Source: Coriobacteriia bacterium
GTDB taxonomy: Bacteria; Actinomycetota; Coriobacteriia; Anaerosomatales; JAAXUF01
Reading direction: 5' to 3'
DNA: 64,000 nucleotides
Assembly (NCBI GenBank): GCA_038245725.1
Contig: JBBRSD010000008.1
Location: 79,946-143,945 of the forward strand
Positions 37,074 through 45,954 of this stretch are shown here, piece after piece. Made by a program: the position numbers and the translations under genes. The notes beneath the pieces are model-generated. The model had not been told where the DNA came from. It saw only the letters and a list, made by a program, of their open reading frames with translations, and did no database searches. How positions within the stretch are numbered: the first letter of the stretch is position 1; every line of letters begins with the position of its first letter.

Positions 37074-37130
37074 AGCAAAAATACAAAGAACCGGCACACA
37101 CCAAGGCACAAGCCTCAGCCGTGAACCGGT
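37074..37130 (-). terminator. Intrinsic-terminator-like hairpin plus U tract in the fdh leader
   Basis: Minus-strand RNA reads ACCGGUUCACGG...GGC-UUGU-GCC...GUGUGCCGGU followed by UCUUUGUAUUUUUG. It lies between the riboswitch-like element and the fdhA start. Confidence 0.5.
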
Positions 37131-37218
37131 CCATTTTGTATGCACGTTGATCTTCCCCTACCCCGTGGAAAGCGCCACCCAGCCCAAAGGCAAACCCCCC
37201 ACAGGGGCCTTTGGTGGT

Positions 37219-37322
37219 GTGGTCTCCTTTCCAAACGGGAGGCGACCGCGTTTCCGCTGGCACCCATCGGCCCGAGAACCATAGCTGCCGCAAGGCGCCG
37301 TAGATTGAAGGGCTCGGAGATC
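37219..37322 (-). promoter_or_regulatory. Moco (molybdenum/tungsten cofactor) riboswitch-like element, copy 1
   Basis: RNA reads AUCUCCGAGCCC...GGGCCGAUGGGUGCCAGCG-GAAA-CGCGGUCGCCUCCCGUUUGGAAAGGAGAC. The conserved blocks CUCCGAG, GCCUCCC and GGAAAGGAG match the Moco motif as I remember it. Its paralogue at 50135..50240 shows compensatory changes. Confidence 0.65.
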
Positions 37323-37405
37323 ATCTGTGTCGCGCTTTCAATGTGGTTCGCCTTGAGCTACCGGGCCCGAGGCTAGCCCGCACGGAGTGCGGCCTCCACG
37401 ATTTC

Positions 37406-37434
37406 TACACTATACGCCTTGCTGACCTAGGTCA
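37406..37434 (-). promoter_or_regulatory. Sigma70-like promoter candidate for the fdh operon
   Basis: Minus strand reads TTGACC, 15 nt, TATAGT (or 17 nt to TAGTGT), directly after the NHL gene stop and about 85 nt upstream of the riboswitch-like element. Confidence 0.45.
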
Positions 37435-37443
37435 AATGTGGCA

Positions 37444-39024
37444 TTACTTGCCCTCTGAGCTGCGATAATCTCGCTTCAGGTAGATCTCGCCGAAGTCCTT
37501 GGCGTCAATCACGCGGACCTCAGCAAGCATCGCCGAAATGCGCAGGTCGTGGTCCTCGGTGCCGAGTGCCTTTGCTCGCAAGGACATGGCGAGAAGTACC
37601 GAGACCGGCGCGGCGACCTTGATCCGCTCCCCGATCGCACGGGCGTCGGACTCGGAGTACTCCTCGAACGAGATGAGCTCACCGAGGTCGACGCCGTCGA
37701 CGATCTTGCCCTCATACAGCTCGCGGTCGGTGAGCGGCGCGATGAGGCGCACGCTCGGCTTCTTCGCAACCGACGGAATCTCGCCAAGCGTCGAAAGCTC
37801 GTCGATGAAGTCGGGCGTGACGATGATGCGGACCTTGCGGCGGGCGAGAAGCAGGAGGGGCAGCAAGAGGAACGGCAGCAAGCACAGCGCGAGGAGCCAC
37901 TGCAACGCAGGCTTCACAGACGCCAGATTCGGCAGTTGGGCGATGGGCCATCCCCACACCTGGACCTGGTCGTTCTCCCGATCCGAAATGTAGATCCTCC
38001 CACCCCGATCGATGCTGATGTCGTTGGGGTAGTTGAACTGCCCGGGTCCGAATCCGCGACTGCCGAAATCCGTGAGCACCTTGCCCTTGAGGTCGTACAC
38101 ACCGATCGTGTGCGCGAGCGCGTCCGCTACGTAGACGCGCTCCTTCGCGTCGATAGCGATGCCGCGCGGCACACCACTCGTGTCGAGGAAGCGCACGAAC
38201 GTGCCTGTTGAGTCGAACACCTGCACTCGCTGGTTATCGCCATCGGATACATACACGTCGCCGTTGGATGCGACGGCCACCCCATTCGGGAATAGGAAGC
38301 TGCCGGGCGACTCCTGCAACGAGTTGACCTGCGCCGTCTTGCCGAGGGTGACCGTCCGGCTCCCATCAGCCGAGAAGTAGATGAGCCGATGCTTGTTCGT
38401 CTGTCCGACATCGGTGACCCTGAGGCCGCCGGTTGCGTCGAAAGTGAACGCGAGGGGCGTCCACTTCAGCGCCTCGTGTTTCGGCGTGAACTTGCGCAAG
38501 TACTTGCCTTGCAGGTCGAAGACGTAGATGCAACGGTGATAGTGCTCCGACACCCAGACCTCGTTACCCCTGACCACGAGATGCACCGGGTTGATCAGTG
38601 CGCCATCGGCGGTCTTCGTGAACGAGAAGAGGTAGCGCCCGGCGTTCGTGAACACACTCACGCGGCGATGGCCGAAGTCGACGACGTACACGCGGCCGTC
38701 GGCCGCGATGCCCACGCCCACCGGGCGGCTGAGCTCGCCGGCCCCGTTGCCTGAGATCGAGTACAGGTACTGCGGCGGCGCGATATAGTCGCTGCCAGGA
38801 GGGGCGATGCCCAAGCTCGGCAGTCGGCGGTTCGCATTGAAGTAGTAGGCGAAGTACGCGAGCAGAGCAAGCAGAAGCGTCAGAAGCGTCAGCAGAATGA
38901 TGCGGCGACGGCGTTCGCGTGACGTCAGTCGCTCCGGGTTCGACTGCGGACGCCCCCGCCCTGGCCCCTCGCCGAGAGGTTCGACCGGAGATTCTGCGAC
39001 GCCGGGCGTCTCCTCATGAGCCAT
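37444..39024 (-). CDS. Two-TM membrane protein with extracytoplasmic NHL-repeat beta-propeller and cytoplasmic C-terminal domain
   Basis: Cytoplasmic Arg-rich N-terminus, TM helix (IILLTLLTLLLALLAYFAYY), about six NHL-type repeats (P.G.A.D..GRVYV.D..N.RV.VF), a second TM helix (WLLALCLLPFLLLPLLLLA), then about 135 aa. Confidence 0.75.
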   Translation of the reverse strand: MAHEETPGVAESPVEPLGEGPGRGRPQSNPERLTSRERRRRIILLTLLTLLLALLAYFAYYFNANRRLPSLGIAPPGSDYIAPPQYLYSISGNGAGELSRPVGVGIAADGRVYVVDFGHRRVSVFTNAGRYLFSFTKTADGALINPVHLVVRGNEVWVSEHYHRCIYVFDLQGKYLRKFTPKHEALKWTPLAFTFDATGGLRVTDVGQTNKHRLIYFSADGSRTVTLGKTAQVNSLQESPGSFLFPNGVAVASNGDVYVSDGDNQRVQVFDSTGTFVRFLDTSGVPRGIAIDAKERVYVADALAHTIGVYDLKGKVLTDFGSRGFGPGQFNYPNDISIDRGGRIYISDRENDQVQVWGWPIAQLPNLASVKPALQWLLALCLLPFLLLPLLLLARRKVRIIVTPDFIDELSTLGEIPSVAKKPSVRLIAPLTDRELYEGKIVDGVDLGELISFEEYSESDARAIGERIKVAAPVSVLLAMSLRAKALGTEDHDLRISAMLAEVRVIDAKDFGEIYLKRDYRSSEGK

Positions 39025-40015
39025 GCTGCACCCGCTTCAGTCCAGCGGCGGCCGTCGTGTTGCCGGGATCGATCAGCAGGACCTTCTGGTAGATCGCTGC
39101 GGCCTTCGAGGGCTTCTTCAGCTTCTCGTAGAGCCGGGCCGTCAGCAGCAGCGCATCAACCGACTGCGGATCCAGCGCGACGGCGACGCGCGCTTGCGCG
39201 AGCGCGGCACTTGCGTCGGTGGACGCAAGCTTGTTTGCGTTTGCGAGCCGATCCGTCGACGACCCGAGCTTCTCGAGCGCTTGCCTCGGCTCGTCTTTGT
39301 AAGGCGCCGAGTCCGACGAGGTTCGGAAGTGCTCCGCGGCCCCGGCGATGTCACCGTCAGCAAGCAGAAGAACGCCGTAGGCGTAGTTGGCCTCGGGCAT
39401 CTTTGGGTCGAACTGCAATGTGTACTCGAGCGTTTCCCGATACGCGTCCGGCACCCCAAGGTGCTGATAGCACACCGCCAGCGCATAGGACGTATCCGAG
39501 GCGTCCTGCTTCAGTCTGAGGGCGCTTTTGAGGAAGCCGGCCGCGCCCGCGTAGTCCTTCTGTTCCATCCGCGCGACGCCCGTGTAGTAGTAGGCGACCT
39601 CGAGCGGGCTGTTCGCTGCGCTCGCCGGAGTCTTGGCCTCGGTGAGAGCGATCACCTGACGGAAGTACTTCTCGCCGTTCTTCCAGTCCTTCTGCTTCAT
39701 GTACTCGAAGCCGATCCCGCCAAGCGCCGGGACGAATTCCTTGTTGAGCTTCAGGATCTCCTGATACTGCTGGACGGCTTCGCCATCACGGCCAGCGACC
39801 GCGAGCGCCTGAGCCAGCCGCATGCGGGTGTCGATGTCGCTCGGCTTCTGCTTGAGCTTCTGCTTGAAGCCCTCGATTTCGCGCGATGCCGGAGACGCGT
39901 TGCGCTGGTCGTTGCTATTCGTCCAGGCCGCGTAGCCAAGATAAGCACCGACAGCGATGATCGCGATGATCACAATCGTAATGGCCGCGTCGAGCGGCCG
40001 TACCCGCTTCAACAC
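39014..40015 (-). CDS. N-terminally anchored TPR-repeat protein
   Basis: TM helix AAITIVIIAIIAVGAYLGYAAW followed by about 7 TPR-like units. Overlaps the NHL gene by 11 nt. GTG start after AAGGGAGAA. Confidence 0.75.
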   Translation of the reverse strand: MLKRVRPLDAAITIVIIAIIAVGAYLGYAAWTNSNDQRNASPASREIEGFKQKLKQKPSDIDTRMRLAQALAVAGRDGEAVQQYQEILKLNKEFVPALGGIGFEYMKQKDWKNGEKYFRQVIALTEAKTPASAANSPLEVAYYYTGVARMEQKDYAGAAGFLKSALRLKQDASDTSYALAVCYQHLGVPDAYRETLEYTLQFDPKMPEANYAYGVLLLADGDIAGAAEHFRTSSDSAPYKDEPRQALEKLGSSTDRLANANKLASTDASAALAQARVAVALDPQSVDALLLTARLYEKLKKPSKAAAIYQKVLLIDPGNTTAAAGLKRVQHGS

Positions 40016-40083
40016 GCGAGTTCTCCCTTATTCCAGCGCCGAGGCCTGCCGGGGCCGTCTTCGGCGCTCGTGGATTCCTTTCG

Positions 40084-40112
40084 AGCCTACGGACAGCGCA
40101 ACTTTGTGTCAA
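40084..40112 (-). promoter_or_regulatory. Sigma70-like promoter candidate for the TPR-NHL pair
   Basis: Minus strand reads TTGACA, 17 nt, TAGGCT. A 9/10-bp hairpin (AGCGCCGAAG...CCTCGGCGCT) lies in the leader downstream. Confidence 0.4.
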
Positions 40113-40132
40113 ACGTTACGTTCTTCCGGGCG

Positions 40133-41341
40133 TCAGCGTCCGTGTTCGGAGCGCGTGAGCTCCTCGCCGAGAACAGCGAGCGCTTCGAGAGCCATGTCGA
40201 CATCACTCTCCGTGACGCCGAAACCGACGCTCAGGCGCAGGGCGCCACACTCGATCGTGCCGAGCACCCGATGTGCCCACGGGGCGCAGTGCAGCCCGGA
40301 GCGCACCGCGATGCCGTACCTGCGATCGAGCGCGAATGCGAGCCGGTCGGCCGGGACATGCTCGTGCACGATCGAGACGACCGGAACGCGCGGCTCGTCG
40401 GCTGCGGGTCCGAGAACCCGGAAGCCCTGGATGCCCGCCAGCCCGCCGAGCAACCGCCGCGTGAGCGCCGTCTCGCGCGCTCGCTGCGTCTCGCCGTGAT
40501 CGCGGATCCACCGCGCCGCGGCGCCCAGCCCGATCACTCCGGGCACATTCGGCGTGCCGGCCTCGTAGCGGTCCGGCCGCCCGCGCGGGCCTATGGGGTC
40601 CTCGCTCTCGCCCCCACCGGTGCCGCCCATGACGAGTTCGGCGGGCTCGCACTGGGGAGAGAGGTAGAGCACGCCCACGCCCTGCGGACCGAGCAGCCCT
40701 TTGTGCCCGGCGCACGCCCAAGCGTCCACGCCAAGCGTAGCGAGATCGACATCGAGGTGCCCTCCGGCCTGCGCGCCGTCGACGATCATGAGCGCGCCGC
40801 GATCGTGAGCGATGTCTGCGAGATCGGCCACCGGCTGGATCGCGCCGGTCACGTTGCCGGCGTGCTGGCAGACGACCGCCCGAGTGGGAGCTGCGGCGAC
40901 AAGCGCCTCGACCGAGTGCAGGTCGACGCAGCCGGCGTCGTCCGCCTCGGCGAGCACGACCTCGACGCCTCGCGACGCGAGTACGTTGAGCGGGCGGGCG
41001 ACCGCGTTGTGCTCGACGGGACCCACGACGACTCGGTCGCCCGGCGAGAGCAGTCCGAACAGCACGAGGTTGATCGCCTGGGTGCACCCCGGCTGGAACA
41101 GCAGGTTCTTCGCGTCTGCCACGCCGAGAAGTGCCGCAATATCATGCCGCGCACCGTGCATGGCGCGCGCGGTGTCGATCGCGAGCCGGTAGGCGCCGCG
41201 GCCGGGGTTGCCGCCGAGTTCCGTGAGCGCGCGCTCCATCGCCTCCACCACCTCGGGCGGCTTGGGCCACGAGGTCGCAGCGTGGTCGAGGTAGATCGTG
41301 CGCTGCGGCGCCGCGGGCGCGGTGTTCTCGGCGGGGGTCAT
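40133..41341 (-). CDS. Class-V aminotransferase-fold cysteine desulfurase / selenocysteine lyase-like protein
   Basis: IYLDHAATSWP, PLP-lysine context CAGHKGLLGPQG, and active-site RSGLHCAPWAH. Confidence 0.8.
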   Translation of the reverse strand: MTPAENTAPAAPQRTIYLDHAATSWPKPPEVVEAMERALTELGGNPGRGAYRLAIDTARAMHGARHDIAALLGVADAKNLLFQPGCTQAINLVLFGLLSPGDRVVVGPVEHNAVARPLNVLASRGVEVVLAEADDAGCVDLHSVEALVAAAPTRAVVCQHAGNVTGAIQPVADLADIAHDRGALMIVDGAQAGGHLDVDLATLGVDAWACAGHKGLLGPQGVGVLYLSPQCEPAELVMGGTGGGESEDPIGPRGRPDRYEAGTPNVPGVIGLGAAARWIRDHGETQRARETALTRRLLGGLAGIQGFRVLGPAADEPRVPVVSIVHEHVPADRLAFALDRRYGIAVRSGLHCAPWAHRVLGTIECGALRLSVGFGVTESDVDMALEALAVLGEELTRSEHGR

Positions 41342-41344
41342 CTG

Positions 41345-41818
41345 CTAGTGGCCTCCGCCGTGCATCATGTCGACGGCATGCTCGAACTGGTCGGCGACGA
41401 AGCCGAAGCATTCGCGCGCGGCTTTCTCGGAGCCGGGCAGATTGATGACGAGCGTGGTGCCGAGCATCGCCGCGGTGCCGCGCGAGAGCATTGCGCGTCC
41501 TGTGACCTTGAGCGACTCGGCGCGGATGTGCTCGGCGATGCCGGGAACGACGCGGTGGCACACGGCGAGCGTTGCCTCAGGGGTGACGTCGCGCGGCCCC
41601 ACTCCGGTGCCCCCACACGTGAGCACGATGTCGGCGCCGGCCTCCGCCATCGTGATGATCGAGGCCTGGATCGCCGTGGAATCGTCGGTACAGACCTCGT
41701 AGACGGCAACGCGCCAGCCGCGATTGCTGATGAGTGCCGATAGCGCGCGCCCGGCGGTGTCTTCAGCCTCGCCGCGCGTGTCCGAGCAGGTCAGCACACC
41801 GATGTTGAGCTCAGCCAT
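41345..41818 (-). CDS. mog: MoaB/MogA-family molybdopterin adenylyltransferase-like protein
   Basis: IGVLTCSD...VLTCGGTGVGPRDVTPEAT...LPGSEKAA. Start at MAELNIG overlaps the MOSC gene stop by 8 nt. Confidence 0.85.
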   Translation of the reverse strand: MAELNIGVLTCSDTRGEAEDTAGRALSALISNRGWRVAVYEVCTDDSTAIQASIITMAEAGADIVLTCGGTGVGPRDVTPEATLAVCHRVVPGIAEHIRAESLKVTGRAMLSRGTAAMLGTTLVINLPGSEKAARECFGFVADQFEHAVDMMHGGGH

Positions 41819-42386
41819 CGGTGCCCTCCTCCTTCTCCGCCTTGCGGCACTCGTTCGCGGCACGCACCGATTCGGACTCGGCGAGCGACTCCTCGGGCGA
41901 GCGCGTGCACGTGCCGTCGCCCAGCGACGCGACCGCTACCGTGTCGCCGACCGCGACGTCGCCGGCCTTCCGCACGACCGCGAACACGCCTTCGCGCGGC
42001 ATCACGCAATCGCCTGCCTGGTAGAAGATCGCGCACTTGGTATGGCAGACCTTGCCGATCTGCGATACCTCGAGGACCACATCGTCGCCCACATGCACGA
42101 TCGAACCGACAGGTAGCGTCATGACGTCGAGGCCCTGCGTGGTGATGTTCTCGGCGAAGTCGCCAGGACCGACATCGAGACCCTTGGCGCACATCGAATC
42201 GATCGATTCCTGCGCCAGCAGCGAGACCTGGCGATGCCAGTCGCCCGCGTGCGCGTCGCCCTCAAACCCACGGTCGAGCACGAGCGTTCCGCGCTCGAAT
42301 CGCTGCTTGCGCACCGTCTTCTTCTCGGAGAGGTTCACCGAGACGACCCTGCCGGTGCGGCCGGTGGACCCCGCTTCCTCGTTCAT
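41811..42386 (-). CDS. MOSC-domain protein
   Basis: [12 protein letters not shown]...GFEGDAHAG...RQVSLL...GDFAENITT...[11 protein letters not shown] pattern. ATGA overlap with the moaC stop. Confidence 0.8.
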   Translation of the reverse strand: MNEEAGSTGRTGRVVSVNLSEKKTVRKQRFERGTLVLDRGFEGDAHAGDWHRQVSLLAQESIDSMCAKGLDVGPGDFAENITTQGLDVMTLPVGSIVHVGDDVVLEVSQIGKVCHTKCAIFYQAGDCVMPREGVFAVVRKAGDVAVGDTVAVASLGDGTCTRSPEESLAESESVRAANECRKAEKEEGTDG

Positions 42387-42877
42387 CGCTGCTCCTCTCG
42401 CGTCCAGGTTCCGGAGTTCCCGCCCTCTTTGGAGAGCAGCTTGATGTCGCCAAGAACCATACCGCGGTCGACCGCTTTGCACATGTCGTAGACGACGAGC
42501 GCGGCGACCGACGCGGCCGTGAGCGCTTCCATCTCGACGCCGGTCTTGCCGTCGGTCTCGGCGGTGGCGGTGATTCGCACGCCGGGCGCGTCGCCGTACA
42601 CCGGCTCAAGCTCGACGGCCACGTGCGTGAGCGAGAGCGGGTGGCATAGCGGGATGAGCTCACTCGCGCGCTTGGCGGCCATGATGCCGCCGATGCGTGC
42701 CGCCGCGAACACGTCGCCCTTGGGCGCGGCGCCCTCGGCGATCATCGCGAGCGTCGTCGGCTTCATCGAAACGAAACCGCCCGCCGCCGCACGCCGGTGT
42801 GTGACCGGCTTGGCCGCGACGTCGACCATGCGCGCGTGACCAGCCTCGTCGAGATGCGTGAGTCGCTCGTCGGACAT
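42383..42877 (-). CDS. moaC: Cyclic pyranopterin monophosphate synthase
   Basis: [20 protein letters not shown]...[20 protein letters not shown] and EMEALTA..VAALTVYDM-type motifs. Confidence 0.93.
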   Translation of the reverse strand: MSDERLTHLDEAGHARMVDVAAKPVTHRRAAAGGFVSMKPTTLAMIAEGAAPKGDVFAAARIGGIMAAKRASELIPLCHPLSLTHVAVELEPVYGDAPGVRITATAETDGKTGVEMEALTAASVAALVVYDMCKAVDRGMVLGDIKLLSKEGGNSGTWTREEQR

Positions 42878-42879
42878 GA

Positions 42880-43908
42880 TCAGCCTCCGATCTGTGACAT
42901 GTGGCGGTCCGTGCCGATCTTCTCGGCGTGGCCCTCGGGCTTGATGCGCAGTGCGAGTTCCACGAGCGCGCGGACATCGTCGTCGGTGCCGCCACGCAGG
43001 GCGCTGCGGACATCGAGCTCCTCATCGCTGAAGAGGCAGGGTCGCAGGCGACCGTCCGCGGTCAGACGCAGGCGGTTGCACTCCGCGCAGAAGTGGTGCG
43101 AGAGCGGCGAGATGACGCCCACCGTGCCCTGTGCGCCCGCGAACCGGTAGTAGCGCGCTGGCCCCCATCCGCCGGGTGCATCGTCCTTGCCGACCGGCTC
43201 GAGCTCGCCGAGACCCGCCGAGACACCCTTGGCTGAGAGCAGCTCGATGATCTCCTCGCTCGGGATGATGTCGTCGCGCGTCCAGCCGGTGCCGTGCTCG
43301 GAGCTGCAACCCCCGCCCTCTTCGGCTTCGCCGACCGGCATGTACTCGATGAAGCGCACGTGCAGCGGGCGGTCGAGCGTCATCTTCGCGAAGCCGAGCA
43401 GGTCCTGCTCAAGCGAGCGCACGACGACGACGTTGAGCTTGACCGGCCCGAAGCCGGCCTCGAATGCGGCGTCGAGCCCGGCGAGCGCGTCCTCGAGCCG
43501 GCCGCCTCGCGTGATTCGGGCGTAGGCCTCGGGATCGAGCGAGTCGAGGCTGATGTTGACGCGCTCGAGGCCCGCGTCACGGAGCTCGCTGGCGAAGCGC
43601 GGCAAGAGCGTCGCGTTCGTGGTGAGAGCAAGGCTTTCGACGCCGTCGATCTCGCTCAGCCGACGGACGAAGTCGGGCACGCCGCGGCGAACGAGCGGCT
43701 CGCCGCCGGTCAGCCGGACCTTGCGAATGCCTTCGCTCACCGCGATGCGGGTGAAACGCAGGATCTCATCGTAGGAAAGGATCTCGGACCGGTCCTTCCA
43801 CGTCACACCCTCCTCGGGCATGCAGTAGACGCAGCGCAGGTTGCAGCGGTCGGTGAGCGATATCCGCAGGTAGTCGATGCGGCGACCGTGGGAGTCCGTG
43901 CCGTGCAT
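42880..43908 (-). CDS. moaA: GTP 3',8-cyclase (radical SAM)
   Basis: [19 protein letters not shown] radical-SAM motif, and C-terminal [19 protein letters not shown]. The ATG overlaps the mobB TGA by 1 nt. Confidence 0.93.
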   Translation of the reverse strand: MHGTDSHGRRIDYLRISLTDRCNLRCVYCMPEEGVTWKDRSEILSYDEILRFTRIAVSEGIRKVRLTGGEPLVRRGVPDFVRRLSEIDGVESLALTTNATLLPRFASELRDAGLERVNISLDSLDPEAYARITRGGRLEDALAGLDAAFEAGFGPVKLNVVVVRSLEQDLLGFAKMTLDRPLHVRFIEYMPVGEAEEGGGCSSEHGTGWTRDDIIPSEEIIELLSAKGVSAGLGELEPVGKDDAPGGWGPARYYRFAGAQGTVGVISPLSHHFCAECNRLRLTADGRLRPCLFSDEELDVRSALRGGTDDDVRALVELALRIKPEGHAEKIGTDRHMSQIGG

Positions 43909-44450
43909 CAGGCGTCGCCTCCGCCGAGGAATCGCGCGCCGATGAGGTCCGCCACGCCCGCATAGCCGTCGTCGAGGTCGAACACGGGAACGCCCGCGGC
44001 TGCCGTCTGCTCGGCGAGCTCGGCGTTGTCGGTGACGAGCGCGAGCATCTCGGCCGGCTCGCACACGAGGGTCTGCGAGCGCTCGCGCCGGCTGATCTCG
44101 ATGCGGTTGCGGCCTTCGCGCTTGTAGCCTTCGGTGATGAGTATGTCGGCACCGGCGCCGTGGGCGATCTGGGCGATGTCATCCAGCGGCATCTCCTGCT
44201 CCACGTCGTGGATGAGCGCGAACTTCTCGGGAGAAGAGACCATCGTCACTGCGGCACCCGCCCGCGCGTGGCGGTACGAGTCCTTGCCGGGGACGTCGAT
44301 GTCGTAGTCGTGGATGTGGTGCTTGACGGTCGCGACGCGCACGCCACGCTCCGCCAGCTCGCGGATCAGCTTCTCGAGGAAGGTGGTCTTGCCGGAGTCG
44401 CCCTTCCCCACTACCGAGACGATCGGCACCGTGTTCGGTGCTGGCGTCAT
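43908..44450 (-). CDS. mobB: Molybdopterin-guanine dinucleotide biosynthesis adapter MobB
   Basis: P-loop VVGKGDSGKTTFLEKLI and VATVKHH. Confidence 0.85.
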   Translation of the reverse strand: MTPAPNTVPIVSVVGKGDSGKTTFLEKLIRELAERGVRVATVKHHIHDYDIDVPGKDSYRHARAGAAVTMVSSPEKFALIHDVEQEMPLDDIAQIAHGAGADILITEGYKREGRNRIEISRRERSQTLVCEPAEMLALVTDNAELAEQTAAAGVPVFDLDDGYAGVADLIGARFLGGGDA

Positions 44451-44476
44451 GCTTACCCCTAACTGGTCGAGGCCGC

Positions 44477-44695
44477 TTAGAAGCAGCCGAGGTCGCAGTT
44501 GTGTACTCGGATACCAGCCAGGTCTGCCGCCGCGCCCGCGACCTTGTACGGAACGCCCGCGTCTTCGGCGAACTTGCGCAAGACCGGACAGGTGACCTTG
44601 CCGTCCACGGCTTTGGCCGCGATGGCGGCCTTCATCTCGTCGGTGACCTGCGCCGTCCAGCGCGGATCGAGTTCCTTGGGTGCCTTGTCGCTCAT
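44477..44695 (-). CDS. 72-aa conserved-looking orphan protein ending in CDLGCF
   Basis: The ATG overlaps the moeA TGA (ATGA). Product is MSDKAPKELDPRWTAQVTDEMKAAIAAKAVDGKVTCPVLRKFAEDAGVPYKVAGAAADLAGIRVHNCDLGCF. The upstream 138 codons of the track ORF are Arg-rich shadow over moeA. Confidence 0.55.
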   Translation of the reverse strand: MSDKAPKELDPRWTAQVTDEMKAAIAAKAVDGKVTCPVLRKFAEDAGVPYKVAGAAADLAGIRVHNCDLGCF

Positions 44696-45951
44696 GGTGT
44701 GCCCTCCTCCATATCGAGCCGGACGCAGTCGACCTGCGTTCCGGCGGTAAAGACGCCGTCGCCTTCGGGAAGTACGACGAAGCAGTTGCCGCGATGTGCC
44801 GCCGTCAGCAACGCGGATGATTGGCTGCCCGAGAGTGACGCGACGAAGCCGTCGCCAGCGGGATCGTGCTCCACGCGTCCGCGAAGGTAGTAGCGCCGGT
44901 CCTGCTTCTTCTTCACGTCGTGGGAGAGCCGTGCGACGGTCACCGGCCGCGCCAGCGCCGAGAAGCCCTGCATGACGCGGAGCGCAGGGCGCACGAAGAT
45001 CTCGAAGCCGACGTAGGTGCTCGTGGGGTTGCCTGGCAGACCGAAGAACGGCACGCCGTGAATGGTGCCGAGCGTCTGCGGGTTGCCGGGACGCATCTTC
45101 ACCTTGCAAAACGTGAGCTCGCCCATCTCCTCGAGCACCGGCTTCACGAAGTCGAAGTCACCTACCGAGACGCCACCGCTCGTGAGGATGAAGTCGGTCT
45201 GGCTCGCGGCGAGCGCGAAGGCCGCTCGGGTGGCGTCCATGTCGTCGGCGACGGTGGGGTAGCGCACGGGGATGGCGCCGGCCGCAAGTACCTGCGCGGC
45301 GATCGAGTAGCTGTTGGAGTTGCGGATCTTGCCGGGGCCGGGCTTCTCGGCGACCTCGACGAGTTCGCTGCCGGTGGAGAGGACGGCTACGCGCGGCCGG
45401 CGGTAGACGCTCACGGTGTCGTGCCCGGTCGAGGCGAGCAGCCCGATCGCTGCCGGCCCGATCACGTCGCCGGCGGTCAGCACGACATCGCCTGCGCGCA
45501 CCTCTTCCCCGCGGCAGCGGATATGCTCGCCGAAGCGCGGCTCGATCTCGAACGCAACGCGCGAGCCGATGCCGCCATCGCCCGACACCGTATGCGTGCG
45601 CTCGACCATAACGACGCTGTCGGCGCCCGCGGGCACGGCCGCGCCGGTCATGATGCGCGCGGCCTGGCCGGGACCGACGTCGATGCCGGCCACATCGTCG
45701 CCGGCGGCGATGTGCGCCATCACGTCGAGCTCGACGGGAGAGGTCTCGCTCGCGCCCGCCAGGTCGGCGGCGCGCATGGCGAAGCCGTCCATCGCCGAGT
45801 TGTCGAAGGGCGCGACGTCGATGTCGCTGACCGCATCCACTGCAAGCACGCGGTGAAGCGCGTCGAGCAGCGAGACGCGCTCGGCCGGAAGCGGTGCGAC
45901 GAACCCGAGCACGAGTTCGAACGCTTGCTCGACGGTCATCGTTTCAGGCAT
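44692..45951 (-). CDS. moeA: Molybdopterin molybdotransferase (or tungstotransferase)
   Basis: Typical MoeA blocks: PFDNSAMDGFA, RIMTGA.VP.GAD, SGGVSVGDFD, PGNP. Confidence 0.92.
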   Translation of the reverse strand: MPETMTVEQAFELVLGFVAPLPAERVSLLDALHRVLAVDAVSDIDVAPFDNSAMDGFAMRAADLAGASETSPVELDVMAHIAAGDDVAGIDVGPGQAARIMTGAAVPAGADSVVMVERTHTVSGDGGIGSRVAFEIEPRFGEHIRCRGEEVRAGDVVLTAGDVIGPAAIGLLASTGHDTVSVYRRPRVAVLSTGSELVEVAEKPGPGKIRNSNSYSIAAQVLAAGAIPVRYPTVADDMDATRAAFALAASQTDFILTSGGVSVGDFDFVKPVLEEMGELTFCKVKMRPGNPQTLGTIHGVPFFGLPGNPTSTYVGFEIFVRPALRVMQGFSALARPVTVARLSHDVKKKQDRRYYLRGRVEHDPAGDGFVASLSGSQSSALLTAAHRGNCFVVLPEGDGVFTAGTQVDCVRLDMEEGTP

Positions 45952-45954
45952 GGT

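Noticed and set aside
36919-37293. 124-aa ORF on the minus strand in the fdh leader, and the small ORFs at 37024..37376.
   Set aside because: They overlap the riboswitch-like element and the terminator hairpin, have no ribosome-binding site or recognisable motif, and lie in a region better explained as structured RNA.
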